Source: a virus
Taxonomy: Duplodnaviria; Caudoviricetes
DNA: 64,000 bases
Reading direction: 5' to 3' (one strand)
IMG/VR virus record: IMGVR_UViG_3300029305_011823
The notes under the pieces were generated by a model that saw only the letters and a program-made list of their open reading frames with translations, ran no database searches and was not told the origin of the DNA. Position 1 is the first letter of the stretch. Each line of letters starts with the position of its first letter. The position numbers and the translations under genes were made by a program. This document shows, one piece after another, positions 58,883 to 64,000 of the stretch.

Positions 58883-61800
58883 ATGATTACTACTAATAGA
58901 TTACCGTTATTACAAAGATCAAGACTTAGACCAGTAATCAATTATGATATTAGAAATAAAAGATATGGTTCATTATTGATAATGAACACTATGGATTATT
59001 CTAATTTAAAAGGGAAATTAGGGACAGTTAATATAGAATATAATACTGTCATGACAATGTGCTATTCTAAAAGAAGAGAACAAATTAAGATAAAAAATAA
59101 AAGATATGTTGAAAATAGAGTTCAGACTAGACAAGAACATTACGACAAAATAAAAGCTGAACTTCCTATGTTAAATGGAATTAATGAAGGTAAACTTCAT
59201 ATGGGATTCAACTTATATTTTGATTTAATAAATGCTAATAAAATATTTGCTGAAAATTCTGGGATGTTAACTAAAATAGTAAAACCTAAAGAGTATTGGG
59301 ATTTTATAATGCGATATATGGAAGAATTACCTTTAGATAAATATCCTATGAAAACCATGCTTATAAACGTAGATGAGTTTGGAGCTAATATAGTTGCAGA
59401 TTTAAATAATAGAACTGATTCAGTAAACCCAATATCTTATTTATATTTATTAATGAAAAGAGAACCCGAAGAATTCTATAAACTAGGGGATATAGATATA
59501 ATAATAACATCAAAAATAGGATATGTAGTTAGAATAAATCCTGCTGAATGTAAAAGAACTATAGCTAAAGATGCTAACAAAGCTAATATAGCAGCTTTAT
59601 TTAGAAAGGAATTATTTAAATTATTAAATAGAACTGACCCTGAAGAAGGGAACATAAAATCTGAAGCAGATGAAATATTAGCAAAAAATAGAGAGGAAAT
59701 AACTCAATCGCTAATAGATAAATTTGTATTTGGTGCAGGTGGAGACCAAAGTATACCTGAAGATGTTAAGAATAAAATAGAGGTAGAAGTTGAAAAAGTG
59801 TTGGATAAGAACAATGAGGCAAGTCCAGCAGAAGTTAAAAAAGAAATAGAACAAAATGAAGACTTGATGAAAGATATACTAATGGCAGATAATAAAAAGA
59901 TAGCTAAATCTGCAGCATCTAGTAAAAGAGATGAATTGCTTAGAGAAAGACAAATGGCTCTTACTGTACAAGGTAAAACTATTGAAGAAGTCCTTCAAAT
60001 GAAATCAGAAGATATAAAAGTACCAGTAAATAATATAGAAGATAAAGTTGAAACATTTAATAAAAACATGACCGATGTAAGATTTAATAATATAGATAAA
60101 GCTTACGTGTCTGAATTAATGGAAAAAGATATAATATCGATGTTTACAATGATGAATGATAAATCTATAAAAGTATTCGTAAGATCTATAAATAAGGAAG
60201 ATTCATCTGATATATCTAACTATAAAGAAACATGGACTATTGAATTAGAAGATGAATTAAGAGTTAGACATAAATTAGTATTTGACGTGCCTAAAATAAT
60301 AGATGGTAGATTTATGTATCTTGGAGGTAATAGAAAATATATAAATAACCAACAGTTATTATTACCTATAGTTAAAGTTGAACCTGATACAGTTCAATTA
60401 GTTAGTAACTATAATAAAATATTCATAAGAAGATATGGAGAAAAAGTTTCTTCTGTAAATGAAAAACTTAAAAAAGCATTATCCGAAGATATAAAAGGGG
60501 TTAAAGTTCAAAGAGGTAAATTTGATACCGAAAATAAAAGTTATGTTACTTCTATTGATTATGATGACTTAGCTAAAATATTTAAAGAGATAAATGCTAA
60601 CGGAACAAGAGTTATATTCGACCAAAAAGAAATACGTAGTATCTTAGTAGGAGCAAATATAAAAGGATTAGAAGCAAAATTAGATAAAGAATTATTACCT
60701 TTAGCTGTTAAAGGTAATACGTATTATTGTGTCGATTTAAACAAAGATGAAGTAGTTACAATAAATCAACAAGGTAAAACTGGATCTACTGGTAAAGGAA
60801 TAATAGACTTTATATTATCTTTATCAAAAGAATTAGAATCTAAAGTGGGAGAACAATCTGCAGGTAAGAAATACATGTATAATAGAGCAACTATAATGAG
60901 TAAACAAGTTCCTATAGTTTTATTATTATGTTATTTTGAAGGTATAGACGGATTTTTAAAAAGAGCAAATATAGATCATTATTTCTCTGATACTAGACCT
61001 AGATTAGCACCTAATGAAGGCTGCATACAATTCCAAGACGGATTCTTAATATTCACTAATAAACCTATGGCGACATCATTATTGATGAATGGATTTATAG
61101 ACATACCAACTAAGAATTATAATTATGCCGATTTAAATGATAAATTTGTTTATCAATCAATATTTGAAACTATGTTTGGTAGAAGAAATATAGCAAATGC
61201 ATTTGATAACTTCTTAGATAACTTTATAGATCCAATGACGTTAGATGTATTAAGAAGATTATCATTACCAACTGATTTAACTGGTATGATTTTATATGGA
61301 AATGAGTTATTAGTAGATAACCAATATACACATGAAATAACAGTATCTAGAATTAGATGTTCTGAAGTAATAAATGCTATAATTTATAAAAACGTAGCTA
61401 AAGCTTACGAAAAATATAAAGAGACTGCTAACTTTAATAACCCTGTTAAAATAAGTATGAAGAAAGATGCTATAATAAAAGAAATAGTTATGCAACAGAC
61501 AGTGGAAGATTATTCTGAGCTTAATCCTATATATGAACAACAAAACTTAAGAAAATGCTTAAGAAAAGGACCTAGTGGTTGTAACTTAGCACAAGCTTAT
61601 AATGAAACACAAAGATCTTTCCACCCTGGTATGACTGGACTATTTACTTTATCATCTTCTCCAGATGCTAACGTTGGGGTAAATAGATTCTTAACATTAG
61701 AACCACCTATAACAGATCCTCGTGGATTTATAGATAATAAAGCATTACAAGGTAAAGTTAATGAATATACCGATGCTAACTTATTTGGTGTTGCAGAATT

Positions 61801-63025
61801 ATTAACTACAGGTTGTGCTTCAGGTGATGACAGTGTAAGGGTAACAATGTCATGTAGACAATCAACACACTGTGTTGCTGTTGCTAAAGGATCACCTGTT
61901 TTAGTATCTAATGGTGCTGAAAGGGTTATGCCTTATCATTGTACTAAAGACTGGGTATTTGTTGCACAAGATGATGGTATAGTAAAAGAATATGATGAGA
62001 AATTAGGCTTACTTATAGTTGAATATGAAAATGGAGAACATGACGCTGTTGATATAAATAGAATAGCTAAAAATGGTGCTGGTGGATTCCATGTTGCTAA
62101 ACATATGAACTGTAATTATAAGAAAGGTGATAAATTTAAAAAGAACGATATACTAGCATATGAAGATAAATTCTTTAGCCAAAACTCAGCATTTGGTAAT
62201 AGATTTAACGTTGGTTCATTACAAAAAGTTGCATTACTTTCTTCATCATTAACATATGAAGATAGTTCTTATATAAGTAAGAAATTATCTAGAGAAATGG
62301 CTACTGAAGTTGTTATGCAAAAACAAGCCGTATTAGGACCAAATACAAACGTAGACTATATGATAAAAATAGGAGAAAAAGTACAAAATGGTGATGAACT
62401 TATAAGATTTGAAAAATCTTTCAATGAAGAAACTATCAACCAATTATTATTTAATGTTGGGGATGAATATAAAGAAGATATCATAATGAGTGGTAAAGAT
62501 AAAGTTAAATCTAAGTACTCAGGAGTTATAGAAGATATCAAAGTATATTGTACAGTGGAATTAGATGAACTATCTCCATCATTAAGACAAATAGTTTCTC
62601 AATATTATAATAAAATAAACTCTAAGAAAAAATTATTAGAAAAATACGATAAGAATGGTTCAGTTGTTAAATGTAATATGTTATTCAATGAACCTACTGG
62701 AAAAGTAGAACCTAATGGTAATGGTGTATTTAGAGGTGCTAAAGTTAATGAAGGTGTTATAATAGAATTCTATATTAAAGTTCATGATGAAGTTGGTATA
62801 GGAGATAAAATAGTTTTCTTCAGTGCCTTAAAGAGTATAGTAGGTAGTGTTATACCAGAAGGTCAAGAAGCATATACATTATTTAGACCAGAAGAAGGAA
62901 TAGATGCTGTATTAAGTTGTAACTCATTAATAGCTAGGGGTGTTACTTCTGCTCCAAAAGCAATAATGGGTAATAAACTAATGGTTGAATTAAGTAGAAA
63001 GCTTAAAGAAATTTATGATAAATAA
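58883..63025 (+). CDS. RNA polymerase beta subunit (large), probably virion RNAP
   Basis: SSPDANVG, YEDS, GDKIVFFSALKSIV and IDAVLSCNSLIARG motifs; AACA-N6-TA at 58831..58842; ATG at 58883 after AAAGGGTGAG. Confidence 0.9.
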   Translation: MITTNRLPLLQRSRLRPVINYDIRNKRYGSLLIMNTMDYSNLKGKLGTVNIEYNTVMTMCYSKRREQIKIKNKRYVENRVQTRQEHYDKIKAELPMLNGINEGKLHMGFNLYFDLINANKIFAENSGMLTKIVKPKEYWDFIMRYMEELPLDKYPMKTMLINVDEFGANIVADLNNRTDSVNPISYLYLLMKREPEEFYKLGDIDIIITSKIGYVVRINPAECKRTIAKDANKANIAALFRKELFKLLNRTDPEEGNIKSEADEILAKNREEITQSLIDKFVFGAGGDQSIPEDVKNKIEVEVEKVLDKNNEASPAEVKKEIEQNEDLMKDILMADNKKIAKSAASSKRDELLRERQMALTVQGKTIEEVLQMKSEDIKVPVNNIEDKVETFNKNMTDVRFNNIDKAYVSELMEKDIISMFTMMNDKSIKVFVRSINKEDSSDISNYKETWTIELEDELRVRHKLVFDVPKIIDGRFMYLGGNRKYINNQQLLLPIVKVEPDTVQLVSNYNKIFIRRYGEKVSSVNEKLKKALSEDIKGVKVQRGKFDTENKSYVTSIDYDDLAKIFKEINANGTRVIFDQKEIRSILVGANIKGLEAKLDKELLPLAVKGNTYYCVDLNKDEVVTINQQGKTGSTGKGIIDFILSLSKELESKVGEQSAGKKYMYNRATIMSKQVPIVLLLCYFEGIDGFLKRANIDHYFSDTRPRLAPNEGCIQFQDGFLIFTNKPMATSLLMNGFIDIPTKNYNYADLNDKFVYQSIFETMFGRRNIANAFDNFLDNFIDPMTLDVLRRLSLPTDLTGMILYGNELLVDNQYTHEITVSRIRCSEVINAIIYKNVAKAYEKYKETANFNNPVKISMKKDAIIKEIVMQQTVEDYSELNPIYEQQNLRKCLRKGPSGCNLAQAYNETQRSFHPGMTGLFTLSSSPDANVGVNRFLTLEPPITDPRGFIDNKALQGKVNEYTDANLFGVAELLTTGCASGDDSVRVTMSCRQSTHCVAVAKGSPVLVSNGAERVMPYHCTKDWVFVAQDDGIVKEYDEKLGLLIVEYENGEHDAVDINRIAKNGAGGFHVAKHMNCNYKKGDKFKKNDILAYEDKFFSQNSAFGNRFNVGSLQKVALLSSSLTYEDSSYISKKLSREMATEVVMQKQAVLGPNTNVDYMIKIGEKVQNGDELIRFEKSFNEETINQLLFNVGDEYKEDIIMSGKDKVKSKYSGVIEDIKVYCTVELDELSPSLRQIVSQYYNKINSKKKLLEKYDKNGSVVKCNMLFNEPTGKVEPNGNGVFRGAKVNEGVIIEFYIKVHDEVGIGDKIVFFSALKSIVGSVIPEGQEAYTLFRPEEGIDAVLSCNSLIARGVTSAPKAIMGNKLMVELSRKLKEIYDK

Positions 63026-63061
63026 AAAATATAGAGATAGCCAATCGGCTATCTCTATTTA

Positions 63062-63976
63062 TTACATATATCTTCTAAAATCTTCTACATCTTTATCTGA
63101 TACTTTTTCTTTCTTATACATTACTTCATGTTCATTATATTCTAATTCATTATTTCCATATAAAGCTTTGTCAAATATACTATCTACTAAATTAGTTGTT
63201 GCTCTTTTCTTTTCATCATATTTGTTTCTATCGAAATCTCTCATTGCTACATCTAATGCCATCTTTGTAAGAACTTCAACTCCATATAATCCAACATCAG
63301 AATATTTTAATAGATAAGATATTATTTTACAGCAATATGCTATCATATCATATTCAAAATCTGATATATAATCACTTAAATAATCTTCGTATAGCATATT
63401 TAAATTATATCTTACAGATTCTATATCATTATGGAATACTATTAATGAAACAACATTTGCCAATTCAACATATAAATTATCTTCATACATTCCTAATCTA
63501 GATGCAGCAGGACCTAGAACATTTAAATCAAATGTCTCTGCTAAGTTTCTTTCATTATTTCGTCTTCTATCATAATGTTTCATTTTTGGATTTGGAACAT
63601 ATAAACCATATTTGTTTATTATGTCTTTTGCTTCTGTTAAGAATTGTTTAAATTTATTAGCTTTACATTTATCTGCTAATTTGATAATTGAATCTATGTT
63701 GATATGATTCTCATATAAATAATCTGCAATTTCAACATGATCAAATGCTGTTAATGATTTACTTAAACAATGATTCTTTTCTAGAAGATAAACTAAATCT
63801 TCTAGAGTTTGTACATAGCCAAATTCACTATGAGCATTTTGCATTACAAATAATATGTCATTTGCATTTACATATACAGCATCTATTCCTGTTGTATATT
63901 CTATAACTATATCACCATAATTCATTATTCTTTTACATTCTAAAACATCTTTTAAATTTACATTCATCATATACAC
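63062..63976 (-). CDS. Hypothetical protein, possibly BRO-like DNA-binding
   Basis: 304 aa; ANKFKQFL...INKYGLY. Confidence 0.55.
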   Translation of the reverse strand: MYMMNVNLKDVLECKRIMNYGDIVIEYTTGIDAVYVNANDILFVMQNAHSEFGYVQTLEDLVYLLEKNHCLSKSLTAFDHVEIADYLYENHINIDSIIKLADKCKANKFKQFLTEAKDIINKYGLYVPNPKMKHYDRRRNNERNLAETFDLNVLGPAASRLGMYEDNLYVELANVVSLIVFHNDIESVRYNLNMLYEDYLSDYISDFEYDMIAYCCKIISYLLKYSDVGLYGVEVLTKMALDVAMRDFDRNKYDEKKRATTNLVDSIFDKALYGNNELEYNEHEVMYKKEKVSDKDVEDFRRYM

Positions 63977-64000
63977 TTACCTCCTAAAATTTTATTATTT

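Noticed and set aside
58699-58941. 80-aa minus-strand ORF
   Set aside because: Overlaps the RNAP beta start, a promoter and a terminator on the opposite strand; no RBS.

Overview
Very AT-rich, gene-dense 64 kb segment of a jumbo phage of the phiKZ/AR9 (PBS1-like) type, probably infecting a clostridial Firmicute (inferred from GGAGG Shine-Dalgarno sites, GH73+SH3b endolysin, phiLC3-type holin and host-like RNase R). It carries split subunits of two multisubunit RNA polymerases: beta' N with NADFDGD, two different beta' C halves, and a large beta. It also has fibre/structural genes (collagen-like, coiled-coil, BspA LRR), nucleotide metabolism genes (ThyA, DHFR, dCMP deaminase-Nudix), RNase H, RNase R, an SF2 helicase, a protein-kinase-like giant and a small PolB-like protein. 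Structure the ORF track misses: (1) three ORFs at 37.8-47.4 kb are one ~2554-aa LamG/CotH-kinase/LRR gene split by two near-identical group I introns, each with a GIY-YIG endonuclease; (2) two recurrent phage promoter classes, a 32-bp early-type motif (8 copies) and AR9-like AACA-N6-TA (about 17 intergenic copies); (3) several promoter-to-terminator non-coding units, namely four candidate small RNAs carrying anti-Shine-Dalgarno sequences (one with extended complementarity to the kinase start), a ~320-nt multi-hairpin RNA, and a duplicated three-way-junction RNA with four identical hairpins. All calls come from reading the sequence by eye; no searches or folding programs were run.
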